Shown one piece after another: positions 8,647 to 18,171 of a stretch of DNA of 64,000 bases (its first letter is position 1; every line of letters starts with the position of its first letter). A program made the position numbers and the translations under genes. Origin of the DNA: Phycisphaera sp. TMED9 (GTDB taxonomy: Bacteria > Planctomycetota > Phycisphaerae > Phycisphaerales > SM1A02). Under the pieces are notes generated by a model that saw only the letters and a list, made by a program, of their open reading frames with translations, was not told the DNA's origin and did not search any database. Location: NCBI GenBank assembly GCA_002167845.2, contig NHBO02000064.1:80910-144909 (forward strand). The letters run 5' to 3'.

Positions 8647-9150
8647 GTGGCCTACCCCCAGGCAACCATCGAAACCAACAAGGGCACCATCACCGTCGAA
8701 CTCTGGGACGACGTGGCACCCGGGCATGTCAAGAACATGCTCGACCTCGGCGCCGATGGTTTCTACGACGGCCTTGGTTTTCATCGCATCCTCGACAACT
8801 TCGTGATTCAGGGCGGCTGCCCGAACACCAAGGAAGGCGCCAACGGCATGCCCGGAACGGGCGGCCCCGGCTACAACGTCGATGCGGAATTCAACGACCG
8901 CAAGCACGAAGAAGGTGTTCTCTCGATGGCGCGTTCCGCCGATCCCAACAGCGCGGGGAGCCAGTTCTTCATCTGCCTGAGCCGCGGCGGCTGTCAGCAC
9001 CTCGACAACGAGTACACGGCCTTCGGCAAGGTCATCGACGGCATGGACGTGGTCGAAGCGATCGCGAACGTCGAGAAGGACCACAACGGCTTCCCGACCG
9101 GCGACATGCCCCGCATGACCGGTGGCATCAAGGCCGTCGCGAACGCCTGA
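8647..9150 (+). CDS. ppiB: Cyclophilin-type peptidyl-prolyl cis-trans isomerase (cytoplasmic type)
   Basis: 'FHRILDNFVIQGG', 'GVLSMARSADPNSAGSQFFI' and 'YTAFGKVIDGMDVV'. GTG start at 8647. The ORF-track start at 8119 is an upstream run-on. Confidence 0.9.
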   Translation: MAYPQATIETNKGTITVELWDDVAPGHVKNMLDLGADGFYDGLGFHRILDNFVIQGGCPNTKEGANGMPGTGGPGYNVDAEFNDRKHEEGVLSMARSADPNSAGSQFFICLSRGGCQHLDNEYTAFGKVIDGMDVVEAIANVEKDHNGFPTGDMPRMTGGIKAVANA

Positions 9151-9199
9151 CCCACCAACCGTTCGATCGGGCCATCCGATCAACCGACACCCACGAACC

Positions 9200-9244
9200 G
9201 CCCCTTCGAGCGCCCGCGCATTCGAAGGGGCGTTCTTCGTTTTG
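9200..9244 (+). terminator. Rho-independent terminator between the convergent PPIase genes
   Basis: Perfect 10-bp stem 'gccccttcga'/'tcgaaggggc' with a 12-nt loop, followed by 'gttcttcgttttg'. Confidence 0.6.
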
Positions 9245-9255
9245 CGGCGTTTCCG

Positions 9256-10461
9256 TCAACGCGTTCGTCGTTCGTCGCTGGTGTCTTCGACCTCGGGTGA
9301 CCACCACGTGGCGATCCGACGATCGGATCGGGCGATGCCCGGATCCTGCGGGGGAGCGGGGACGAGACTCATGCGGGTGATGACCGGGGGGGTGGTCGGC
9401 TTGCCCGCGGCGGCATCCTCGATCTCGACGTCGGCGGTCTTGGCGATGGTCTCGGCGCCATCCACCGCGAACCCGAACGCGCAGTACTGCCCGTCGAGCC
9501 GGGCGGTGCCTTCGCGTCCCAGGCAGAAGAAGAACTGGCTCCCCGCACTGTCGGGGTGATCGGCCCGAGCCATCGAGATGACGCCGAGGTCGTGGGCGAG
9601 CGTGGAATTCTCCATCGGAAGATCCCAGCCCGCACTGCCTTCACCGGTACCGCTGGGATCACCACCCTGGATCACGAATCGACGGCCGGTGCGATCGAAG
9701 TGAACGACGCGGTGGAACGTGGTGTCGTCGTAGAACCCGTTCTCGGCGAGATGACGGAAGTTCCACGCGGTGTTGGGCGCGGCTTCGGGGGCGAGGGCGA
9801 CGAGGATCTCTCCCGCATCGGTCTCGACCCGCACGTCCCGATCGGGGTAGATCCGAAACCCGGTCAGGACCGGCGGCTCGCCTGGATCCCAGTCCGGCGA
9901 GAGTTTCATCTTCTCCAGTTCCGCGACGTCTTCTTCGTCTTGGGGATCGAGCGTCGTGTCGCCGAACCCGATGATGCGGGTGTACCGGGTGTCGGTTCCG
10001 GGGCGGAAGTCACGGGTGGTGCGAACCGGGGTTCGGCCGATCATGGGTTGGACGACCAGCGGTGTGCCCGTCGCCATCCCGTCGGCGACCACCTGGACCC
10101 GCGCGGCCTGTTCCAGATCCGCGATCGCGGGCAGCGCCGCGATCAGATCGAATTCGCCGGGCATCCCGCCATTGGCACTGTCCAGAACGGTTCCGTCCGT
10201 ATCGATCAGCACCAGGTCGAATCCGCCTTCGGGGGAGACGGTGCGACCTCGGAGGGAGAGCACCACCGGGATCGGCCGACCGATCCGGTTGTAGAGCCGC
10301 TTGGGTTGGAGCAGGTCCTGGGTGATGCCGGACGCCTGGGCGACGGTGGCCGGACCGGGGAGGATCGAGCTGGAGCCATTCGCCGGAGTCGTGAACAGAC
10401 ATCCGAGGAGCAGCATGCCCGAGAGGCGCCGGAGGAGGGGCTGGTGGGATCGGTGGGACAT
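9256..10461 (-). CDS. Secreted two-domain protein: unknown N-terminal ~220 aa plus a C-terminal cyclophilin-type PPIase
   Basis: Signal-like 'LSGMLLLGCLFTTPANG'. Cyclophilin motifs 'FHRVVHFDRTGRRFVIQGGDP', 'GVISMARADHPDSAGSQFFF' and 'YCAFGFAVDG'. Confidence 0.85.
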   Translation of the reverse strand: MSHRSHQPLLRRLSGMLLLGCLFTTPANGSSSILPGPATVAQASGITQDLLQPKRLYNRIGRPIPVVLSLRGRTVSPEGGFDLVLIDTDGTVLDSANGGMPGEFDLIAALPAIADLEQAARVQVVADGMATGTPLVVQPMIGRTPVRTTRDFRPGTDTRYTRIIGFGDTTLDPQDEEDVAELEKMKLSPDWDPGEPPVLTGFRIYPDRDVRVETDAGEILVALAPEAAPNTAWNFRHLAENGFYDDTTFHRVVHFDRTGRRFVIQGGDPSGTGEGSAGWDLPMENSTLAHDLGVISMARADHPDSAGSQFFFCLGREGTARLDGQYCAFGFAVDGAETIAKTADVEIEDAAAGKPTTPPVITRMSLVPAPPQDPGIARSDRRIATWWSPEVEDTSDERRTR

Positions 10462-10535
10462 CGGAAGGCTCCGGAGACGGTGATCCGGACGACTCGCACG
10501 ATGGAAGTCCTCGGGATCCGTAGAATGAGGGCCGA

Positions 10536-12092
10536 ATGACGACCGGCCTCACCAGAAACGATATCGCCTCCACCCGACTCATCGTCGGTTTGGAGATCCA
10601 CGTCGAGTTGTCCACCCGCTCGAAGATGTTCACCAGAGCGGCGAATCCGGCCTGTCCGGAGTTCGAGGACGCCGAGCCGAACACCCTGGTGGATCCGCTG
10701 GTGGCCGCCCTGCCCGGCAGCCTTCCGGTCATGAACCGCCGAGCGGTCGAGATGTCGGCGATGGTGGGGATGGCGCTGGGCTGCTCGATCGCCGAGCACG
10801 CGAAGTGGGATCGGAAGAATTACGCCTATCCGGATCTGCCCAAGGGCTACCAGATCAGCCAGTACGACCTTCCACTGTGCTTTGACGGGGCGGTCGACAT
10901 TCCGTCGGTGAGCGCCGATGCCGATGGCGGGATGCGTCGAATCGGCATCACTCGGGCACATCTCGAGGAGGACACGGGCAAGCTCGGGCATGAACTTCCC
11001 GGAGGGGTTCGCTACTCGGGAAGTCTGGTGGATCTGAATCGGGCCGGAACACCACTGCTCGAGATCGTGACCGAACCCGACTTCGATTGTGCGGAAGACG
11101 TGGTGACCTTCGCTCGGGAGCTCCGTTCGATCTGCCGGTTCCTCGGCGTGACCGAAGGGGTCATGCAGAAGGGCCACATGCGGTTCGAGCCGAACATCAA
11201 CCTGGTGATCGACACCACCGACGGTCGGGAGTTCCGGACACCGGTGATCGAGATCAAGAACCTCAACAGTTTTCGAGCGGTCGACGGCGCGATTCGCCAC
11301 GAGACCGAACGTCAGCTCGAGGAGTTCCTCAGCACCGGGCGGGTCATGGGCATGGGAATGAAACAGACGCGAGGCTGGGATGACGACCGTCTGGTGACCG
11401 TCCTGCAGCGTGAGAAGGAAGACGCGCACGACTACCGGTATTTTCCGGAGCCCGATCTGGTTCCCGTCGAGATGGACGAGGCCTGGAAGGATCGGATTCG
11501 AGCGTCGATTCCCGAACTGCCGATCGCCCGGCGAGCGCGGTATCACGACGAGTTCGGTCTTCCGGAGAAGGACGCGTCCGCCTTGATCGATGACCAGGGC
11601 CTGTGTCACTTCTTCGAACGAACCGTGGACGCCCAACTGGCCGTGGCCGATCCGCCGAGTTCACGGAATGCAGGGCATGACAGTGCCAAACTGCTCTTGA
11701 ATCAGATGGCCAAGAAAGCCAACGAATCGGGGGTGGTCGCGCACGAGATCGGCATCACCGCCGAGCAGGTCGGAGAGTTGCTCGCCTTGCGCCGCTCGGG
11801 GGAGCTCCCGACGCAGGCGATCGATCGGCTTCTCGAGCTCGCCTCGGAATCCCCGCAATCCGTCGCGGAACTCGCGGAGGCGAACGACCTGCTCGCGATC
11901 CGTGATGAAGGGGCGATCGAGGGGTGGCTCGCGGAAGCGGTGGTCGCTCAGCCGCAAGCGGCCGAAGATGTCCGAAACGGCAAGGATGCGGCGATCGGGC
12001 GACTGGTCGGCGCGGTGATGAAGGCGTCCGGTGGACAAGCGGATGCGAAGGACGTTCGAGAGCGACTCTTCGCGATGCTCCGCGACGGGTGA
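10536..12092 (+). CDS. gatB: Asp-tRNA(Asn)/Glu-tRNA(Gln) amidotransferase subunit B
   Basis: 'VGLEIHVEL', 'LPGSLPVMN', 'DLNRAGTPLLEIVTEPD', 'FEPNINL' and a C-terminal YqeY/GatB tail. Confidence 0.95.
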   Translation: MTTGLTRNDIASTRLIVGLEIHVELSTRSKMFTRAANPACPEFEDAEPNTLVDPLVAALPGSLPVMNRRAVEMSAMVGMALGCSIAEHAKWDRKNYAYPDLPKGYQISQYDLPLCFDGAVDIPSVSADADGGMRRIGITRAHLEEDTGKLGHELPGGVRYSGSLVDLNRAGTPLLEIVTEPDFDCAEDVVTFARELRSICRFLGVTEGVMQKGHMRFEPNINLVIDTTDGREFRTPVIEIKNLNSFRAVDGAIRHETERQLEEFLSTGRVMGMGMKQTRGWDDDRLVTVLQREKEDAHDYRYFPEPDLVPVEMDEAWKDRIRASIPELPIARRARYHDEFGLPEKDASALIDDQGLCHFFERTVDAQLAVADPPSSRNAGHDSAKLLLNQMAKKANESGVVAHEIGITAEQVGELLALRRSGELPTQAIDRLLELASESPQSVAELAEANDLLAIRDEGAIEGWLAEAVVAQPQAAEDVRNGKDAAIGRLVGAVMKASGGQADAKDVRERLFAMLRDG

Positions 12093-12179
12093 AACACGGC
12101 ATCGTTGGTTGCAGAAGCTCGTTGCAGGACTGATCACGTACTCTGAGGACCCGGGGCTCCCGGGACGATTGGAAGAACC

Positions 12180-12731
12180 ATGCAGGAAGACCTTTCCGAG
12201 ATTCTGCTCGACTCCGACTCGATCGCTCGACGAGTCGAGGAGATCGCTTCGGAACTCGGCCGGCGGTTGGCGCCGCTCGCCGAACGGGATGAACCGGTGG
12301 TTCTGGTCCCCGTGCTCACCGGGAGCCTGGTGTTCACGGCCGACCTGATCCGCCATCTCCCACAGAAGATGCGGCTCGACGTGGTGACCGTCTCGAGTTA
12401 CGCGGGAGCGACGACGGAGAGTCGAGGCGCCACGCTCCGCGGGGCCGTCCCCGAAGATCTGGCCGGTCGGCACGTGGTTCTGGTCGACGACATCTTCGAC
12501 ACGGGCAACACGCTGAGTCTGCTCGACGGTCTGGTGAAGGAACGCGGGGCGGCGAGCGTCACCATCTGCGTTCTGCTGGCGAAGCCCTCGCGGTACGAAG
12601 TCGAACTTCGGCCCGATCTGATCGGCTTCGAGATTCCCGACGCCTTCGTGGTCGGATACGGACTGGACTACGACGGGCTGTACCGCAACCTTCCGTTCAT
12701 CGGAATCCTCAAACCGGAGGCGGTCAAGTGA
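12180..12731 (+). CDS. hpt: Hypoxanthine phosphoribosyltransferase
   Basis: PRPP-binding loop 'VVLVDDIFDTGNTL', 'VVGYGLDY' and a size of 183 aa. Confidence 0.9.
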   Translation: MQEDLSEILLDSDSIARRVEEIASELGRRLAPLAERDEPVVLVPVLTGSLVFTADLIRHLPQKMRLDVVTVSSYAGATTESRGATLRGAVPEDLAGRHVVLVDDIFDTGNTLSLLDGLVKERGAASVTICVLLAKPSRYEVELRPDLIGFEIPDAFVVGYGLDYDGLYRNLPFIGILKPEAVK

Positions 12732-13327
12732 CCGGAATCGCGGGACTGGATGAAGAGGACGAGACGCGTGCTCCGTTCAGTGGGGACGGCGACGCGGTGC
12801 TGGCGGTGGAGGATCATCCGCTCATCGTGTCCTCGCTGATCTCCGACGGAGAGATCGTTCTGATGGTGATTCGTCCGAGCCTCTGGATGGTCAGCCTCTG
12901 GTCGATCGGCGCGCTGGGCGTGATCGCCGGGATGGTCTTCGCGTTGGCGTGGGCGTCCAGTTTCTCCTGGGCGGGCTGGACCGAGCAGCAGGCGTTCGGC
13001 CTTGGTCTGGTGCTGGCCGGAATCAGACTCGTCTGGCAGTTCCTCGACTGGATGAATCGTCTCTACGTATTGACGGACCGTCGCGTCATTCGACGTCGCG
13101 GCATTTTTCAGGTCGATGTGTTCGAAGCGAGGCTTGATCGAATCCAACAGACCTCGGTGCTGCAACTGGTTCGGGAACGAGCCTTCGGGTTGGGGACCGT
13201 CGCCTTCGCCACGGCGGGAACCGGAACCCTCGATGCACTCTGGGAAGCGATCGAAGATCCCTTCACCGTGCACCGCGCCGTCACGCAGGCGATCGATCGA
13301 TACGGGCGTGGGTCGGGTGGCGTCTAG
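12728..13327 (+). CDS. Membrane-flanked bacterial PH-domain (bPH_2/YdbS-like) protein
   Basis: Two TM segments followed by 'LYVLTDRRVIRRRGIFQVDVFEARLDRIQ'. The GTG start overlaps the hpt stop. Confidence 0.75.
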   Translation: MTGIAGLDEEDETRAPFSGDGDAVLAVEDHPLIVSSLISDGEIVLMVIRPSLWMVSLWSIGALGVIAGMVFALAWASSFSWAGWTEQQAFGLGLVLAGIRLVWQFLDWMNRLYVLTDRRVIRRRGIFQVDVFEARLDRIQQTSVLQLVRERAFGLGTVAFATAGTGTLDALWEAIEDPFTVHRAVTQAIDRYGRGSGGV

Positions 13328-14304
13328 GGAGCCGGCGTTCGGGCGGCGATGACTTCGGCGATCGTCTTCGACTCGACGACGATGAATCCCTGATCCGGGC
13401 GGATCACCGATCGGTGGGGAGCGTTCGTCGATCCGACCGAACCGATCGGGCCGAGCACCGCGATTCCGCCATTCATCGTTCGAGCGAGATCAAGTCGTTT
13501 CAATCCGGCATCCGTGACGTCGTTGGTGATGACCGGACGGGGGCTCTCCAGGAAGTCGAGGGTTCCTGCGCTCGCGGCGGCGGCGCCCGTCACCAGAACG
13601 GCGGTGGCGATGCTGATGGTTCCGACCAGCCCGCGGACCCAGCGATCGAGCGGCATTCGAAAGACCAATACTGCCAGAAGAACGGCCAGCATCGCGGCGA
13701 CCGTGTCCGCGGCGGCGACGTCTCTGACCACGTCCACCCAGACGGTCTCACCCGGATTCGCATCCTCGAAGGTCGGCCGCCGGGTCAATGCGGCGACGCT
13801 GACGATGCCGATGTCCGCGGCGGCCACGAGGGCGGCGGCGATTCCCGCGGCGATGCGAGCCGCGGGTTTCGGCGGTGCCAGGCCGGGACGCATCGGTCGC
13901 GCGGCCACGATCCCCGCGATGGGCGGAATCAGGAGTGCCATCGCGGCGGCGAAGAAGAGTGGTTCGACCACGCCTGCTTCGTACAACGCTCGAATCATGG
14001 CACCCGGCATGCGAGCACCGGTGACGAAGGTCTGTCCGAGCGGCCGGAGCATCTCACCCATGCCGAGCCAGCGTTCGATGCCGGCCCGCTCGGCGACCGA
14101 GCCGAGTGCGAGGATGCCCACGCCCGAAGCCAGCGTCACGAAGGCGACCAGTCCCAGTCGAACGCCGTCTCGAGCCGGATCATCCGGACGAAGGGATCCC
14201 TGAGCGATCGCGGCGGACGCGATGTCGGCCGCGGCGCGTCGGCGAGCCGACGATCCGCTGCGACGTCGGGTGCTGGGTCCGGGTTCGGGGACGATGTTGG
14301 GCAT
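13324..14304 (-). CDS. Ala-rich polytopic membrane protein, hypothetical
   Basis: 326-aa ORF with several hydrophobic helices and high GC3. The opposite-strand ORFs here have S/T/R-rich antisense-type composition. Confidence 0.6.
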   Translation of the reverse strand: MPNIVPEPGPSTRRRSGSSARRRAAADIASAAIAQGSLRPDDPARDGVRLGLVAFVTLASGVGILALGSVAERAGIERWLGMGEMLRPLGQTFVTGARMPGAMIRALYEAGVVEPLFFAAAMALLIPPIAGIVAARPMRPGLAPPKPAARIAAGIAAALVAAADIGIVSVAALTRRPTFEDANPGETVWVDVVRDVAAADTVAAMLAVLLAVLVFRMPLDRWVRGLVGTISIATAVLVTGAAAASAGTLDFLESPRPVITNDVTDAGLKRLDLARTMNGGIAVLGPIGSVGSTNAPHRSVIRPDQGFIVVESKTIAEVIAARTPAP

Positions 14305-14358
14305 GGGGTGGAATGTGTCTCGTCGAGTGAGGAGAGGTTGGTTGAAAACCGTCGGAAC

Positions 14359-15336
14359 TCAGTCTTCGGGAATCTCGCCGGCCCAGGACACGAGCGATCG
14401 CGGGTTGGGCAGACTGTTGGCGATCGACTCGAGCGCCGCGCGATCGTCTTCCGAAAGATCATCGGCCTTCGGCGCCACGATCTCCAACACCGCGTAGAGA
14501 TCGCCGGCCTGCTTCTTCGCGTCGACCACGCCCTTCCCCTTCAGGCGGAGCTTGGCACCGCTTCGCACGCCGGGGGGGACCTTCAAGGTGGCGGTTCCCT
14601 TCATGAGGGGAACCGTCACTTCTCCTCCCAGGATGGCCTCCGCGACCGTGATGGGGACGACGATGCTCAGATCCAAGCCGTCACGAGTGAACCATGGGTG
14701 GCGACCGACCTTGATCTGAAGCAGCAGATCACCGCTCGGTCCGCCGTTGGATCCGGGAAGTCCCTTGTCCCGAATTCTCAGCGTGCTTCCGGTCTGGACA
14801 CCCGCGGGAATGCGAACGTCGATCGAGGTGGGCGTGCCGTCCTGAGCGGCGATTCGAATGGTCTCGGTCCCGCCGAACGCCGCGGCGGCGAAACCGACTT
14901 CGAGTTCGTGTTCGAGGTCTCGTCCCTTGGTCGGTCCGGCGGGTCGTTCTCCGCCCATGCCACCGCCGAACCCGCCGAAGCCAGCGAAGCCTCCGCCTCC
15001 GCCACCGCCGCGTCGCGATCGCCCTCCGAAGGACTCGCCGAAGATCGACTCGAAGTCGTCGGGCGTGACGTTCTGCCACGGGCCTGGTCCGGCTTGTCCG
15101 GGCGACTGCCCGTCGGCTCCGGCATGGCCGTATCGATCGTAGCGCGACCGTTTCTCGGTATCGGACAGCACGTCGTAGGCGGCCTGGATCTCGTTGAATC
15201 TCGTCGCGGCGTCCGCATCCTGATTGAGGTCGGGATGGAATTTCCGCGCCAGTTTCCGATGGGCGTTCCGGATGGCTTCCGGACTCGCCCCACGGTCGAT
15301 TCCGAGGACTTCGTAATGGTCTTTTTGGTCGGACAT
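14359..15336 (-). CDS. J-domain co-chaperone of the DnaJ/CbpA type (no zinc-finger region)
   Basis: 'DHYEVLGIDRGASPEAIRNAHRKLARKFHPDLN' (HPD motif), a G/F-rich linker, and DnaJ C-terminal beta domains. No CxxCxGxG repeats. Confidence 0.85.
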   Translation of the reverse strand: MSDQKDHYEVLGIDRGASPEAIRNAHRKLARKFHPDLNQDADAATRFNEIQAAYDVLSDTEKRSRYDRYGHAGADGQSPGQAGPGPWQNVTPDDFESIFGESFGGRSRRGGGGGGGFAGFGGFGGGMGGERPAGPTKGRDLEHELEVGFAAAAFGGTETIRIAAQDGTPTSIDVRIPAGVQTGSTLRIRDKGLPGSNGGPSGDLLLQIKVGRHPWFTRDGLDLSIVVPITVAEAILGGEVTVPLMKGTATLKVPPGVRSGAKLRLKGKGVVDAKKQAGDLYAVLEIVAPKADDLSEDDRAALESIANSLPNPRSLVSWAGEIPED

Positions 15337-15437
15337 GGCGGACTGTGAATTATAGATGACCCTCGGCCGATCGCCGACTCTCGTTTATCGGCTTTTCCCC
15401 ACGTCGGGGGTGAAGCCGTCGGGGTAGCATCCCCTCT

Positions 15438-17537
15438 ATGGCATCAAGAGGTGACGTATCCCTGCCCGTCATGACGTCTGGGGCCTCCGCGGCTCCAGCA
15501 GGCGGGCCCGTGGCGAAGAGCCGGATGGAGAAGCGGCGATTCATCGTCCTGCTCATCGTCCAGACCCTCATGATCGTCCACGTGATTCAGTGGTTGATCA
15601 TGGGAACGACGGTGGCGCCGATCGAGCCCAGCGAGTCGATTCAGACCGTTCGAGAGGGCGTGATCACGGTCGGGTTCATCTTCTTCCTTCTCGCGATCGG
15701 TTCGACCCTGATTCTCGGCCGCTTCTTCTGCGGCTGGGGATGCCACGTGATTCTGCTTCAGGACTTCTGCGGGCGACTTCTTGCTCGGTTCGGATTGAGA
15801 CCCAAGCCGTTCCGATCACGTTTGCTCGTGTGGATGCCGCTGGCGCTCGCGCTCTACATGTTCGTCTGGCCCGTGGCGTATCGATTCCTCGTCGCCCCAT
15901 GGGTCGGTGGATTGTCGCCCTGGCCGGGTTGGTCCTGGGAAGTCACCACCGAGAATTTCTGGGTCACCTTTCCCGGTCTCGCCATGTCGATTCCCTTCCT
16001 GCTGATCTGCGGCTTTCTCACCGTGTATCTCCTCGGTATGAAGGGGTATTGCACCTACGCCTGTCCGTATGGCGGCTTCTTCGCACCCGCCGAACAAGTG
16101 TCGCCGGTGAGAATCCGCGTGAACGATGACTGCGAGCATTGCGGTCACTGCACCGCCGTCTGCACCAGCAACGTCCGGGTGCACGAAGAGGTCGAAGCCT
16201 TCGGCATGGTCGTCGACCCGGGGTGCATGAAGTGCATGGACTGCGTGAGCGTCTGTCCGAACGACGCACTTTCGCTGGGCCTCGGTCGGCCGGCGATTTC
16301 CGTCGATGCCGTCGAGAAGGCGGAGAAAGCGGAAAAGACCAACGCCGGTTCTCGGTACGACCTTTCCTGGCCCGAAGAAATCGTCTTCGCGCTGCTCGCG
16401 GTCGGTCTGCTGTTCTCCATCCGGGGGGCCTACGCCCTGCCACTTCTGTTTGCGAGCGGCGTCGCGGCCTGCGCCACGTGGATCACCTGGAAGGCGTGGC
16501 GGATGCTTCGTGATCCGAATGTCTCGTTCCACCGCATGGCGCTCCGACGAGACGGTCGTTACCGCCCCGGTGGGATCGGGTTCCTGGCCTTCGCGGCACT
16601 CATGCTTGGGTTCGCCGCCTGGACCGGCGCCGCCAACTTCGCGGCTCAGATGGCATTTCGATACGACGAGAAGGTCATGACTCCGCCCGGCATCGTCTTC
16701 ACATCCGGATACGTCGTGCCGGAGGCCGCGGTCGCTGCGAATGCCGAGGCGTCGCTGAAGTGGTATCGCCGAGCGTCATTCATCGGAGATGGCGGTTGGT
16801 CGCCCATTCCAGCGTATCGGCAGATGTTCGCGGTTCGTGAAGCGTGGCTTCAATCCGTTCAGGGCCGGTTCAAGCCGGCCATGGCGGAGTTGGATGACAC
16901 CATCGAGCGTCTGGGAATCAACGAGGATCTCGCGATGGCGCGGAGTCGGATTCTCCGGATGGTCGATCCGACCCAGGTCGATGCGTGGTACGGCAAGGTT
17001 CTCGAAGAGCATCCGACGTGGATGTTGCTTCGTGATGAACGAGTCATGTGGCGCTTGGAGGAGATGACTCCGCAGAGCGCCATCGCGGAGGCGCGAGTCG
17101 GACTGGCGGCGATGCCCGATGAACTTCTTCCCAAGCGCCGACTGGCCGTGCTTCTGGTCGATCATGGAAATCAGAGCGAGATCGCGGAAAGCGCCGATCT
17201 CACCGAAGCCACGCTGCAGGTCGAGCCGGAGAATCCGAACGCCTGGCGTGCGTTGGCGCTCGCCCGAGCGAAGACCGGGGATTTCGAGCGTGCGGAAGCC
17301 GCCATGCGGGAGGCCATTCGACTCGCGGGCGGAGACTGGCGATTGCGTCACCAGTTCGCGCTTCTGCTCAACGAACGAATGAAGCGGGCCGAAGCGGAAG
17401 CCGAGTTGGCCGAGTCGATTCGATTGTGGGAGCTGGCCGGCGGCGAGGTGATCGGTGATCGGCCGGTGCTTCCGGATCCCTTCGCCACGACTCCGCTCGG
17501 GCCGCAGATGGGACCGGAGCGACCTTCGTCACCTTGA
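15438..17537 (+). CDS. CcoG/FixG-like membrane polyferredoxin (2x[4Fe-4S]) fused to a C-terminal TPR-like domain
   Basis: 'GRFFCGWGCH', 'CTYACPYGG', 'CEHCGHCTAVC' and 'CMKCMDCVSVCP'. The C-terminal ~300 aa is helical-repeat (TPR-like), e.g. 'PNAWRALALARAKTGDFERAEAAMREAIRL'. Confidence 0.8.
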   Translation: MASRGDVSLPVMTSGASAAPAGGPVAKSRMEKRRFIVLLIVQTLMIVHVIQWLIMGTTVAPIEPSESIQTVREGVITVGFIFFLLAIGSTLILGRFFCGWGCHVILLQDFCGRLLARFGLRPKPFRSRLLVWMPLALALYMFVWPVAYRFLVAPWVGGLSPWPGWSWEVTTENFWVTFPGLAMSIPFLLICGFLTVYLLGMKGYCTYACPYGGFFAPAEQVSPVRIRVNDDCEHCGHCTAVCTSNVRVHEEVEAFGMVVDPGCMKCMDCVSVCPNDALSLGLGRPAISVDAVEKAEKAEKTNAGSRYDLSWPEEIVFALLAVGLLFSIRGAYALPLLFASGVAACATWITWKAWRMLRDPNVSFHRMALRRDGRYRPGGIGFLAFAALMLGFAAWTGAANFAAQMAFRYDEKVMTPPGIVFTSGYVVPEAAVAANAEASLKWYRRASFIGDGGWSPIPAYRQMFAVREAWLQSVQGRFKPAMAELDDTIERLGINEDLAMARSRILRMVDPTQVDAWYGKVLEEHPTWMLLRDERVMWRLEEMTPQSAIAEARVGLAAMPDELLPKRRLAVLLVDHGNQSEIAESADLTEATLQVEPENPNAWRALALARAKTGDFERAEAAMREAIRLAGGDWRLRHQFALLLNERMKRAEAEAELAESIRLWELAGGEVIGDRPVLPDPFATTPLGPQMGPERPSSP

Positions 17538-17584
17538 CTCGGTGTTGAAGCGGCGGCCTCGCCGTCAGTCTCGGTCGATCTTGA

Positions 17585-18091
17585 TCAGGCGCGGGCGGCG
17601 GCATCGAGGCCGGCGAGCAACTGATAGAGATCCTGACTGCTGTCGGCTGCATAGGCGCGGGATCGGACGCTCGGATCCGACATGAACTTGCTGATTCGAC
17701 CGAGGGCCTGAATGTGGTCGGCGATTCGATCGGCAGGACTCGCCAGCAGGACGATCATCCGAACCCGTTCGCCGTCGATGGCGTCGAACTCCAGCGGCTC
17801 CGACGGAATTCCAATGGCCATGGTGATCTCCCGGACGCCCGGGCATTTTCCATGGGGGATCGCGAGTCCCTCTCCGATTCCGGTCGAACGCTGACCTTCG
17901 CGTTCCCAGACCGTCTTGCGGAAGTTCTCGGCATCGGTCACGGAACTCGAGGTACAGACGAGATCACAGAGCTCATCGATCACGGCGCGTTTGGAATCGC
18001 CGTCGAGCGGGACCTTGATGAGTTCAGGCTTGAGAATTGAATTGAGGTCGAAGGCCACGGGTGTACTCCGCCGGGCGGGCCGGTCAGGCAA
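17585..18091 (-). CDS. ptsN: PTS EIIA(Ntr)-type nitrogen-regulatory protein
   Basis: 'STGIGEGLAIPHGK' (phosphorylatable His) and 'VRMIVLLASP'. Size about 150-168 aa. Confidence 0.85.
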   Translation of the reverse strand: MPDRPARRSTPVAFDLNSILKPELIKVPLDGDSKRAVIDELCDLVCTSSSVTDAENFRKTVWEREGQRSTGIGEGLAIPHGKCPGVREITMAIGIPSEPLEFDAIDGERVRMIVLLASPADRIADHIQALGRISKFMSDPSVRSRAYAADSSQDLYQLLAGLDAAARA

Positions 18092-18171
18092 AGGAGAATC
18101 CGACGATCGTAGCAGTCTCGGGGTTGAATATCGCGGCCTTGGCGAAAATCCGAGCCAGCCGGTCGTGGCGG

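Noticed and set aside
13324-13327. Convergent genes whose stop codons overlap within the palindrome CTAG
   Set aside because: This is real in the sequence but is a trivial consequence of tight packing. It has no functional implication beyond the absence of an intergenic terminator.
13414-15348. 644-aa plus-strand ORF overlapping the DnaJ-like and membrane-protein genes
   Set aside because: It has an R/G/S/D-rich antisense-type composition. The minus-strand ORFs carry a bona fide J-domain (HPD) and TM helices.
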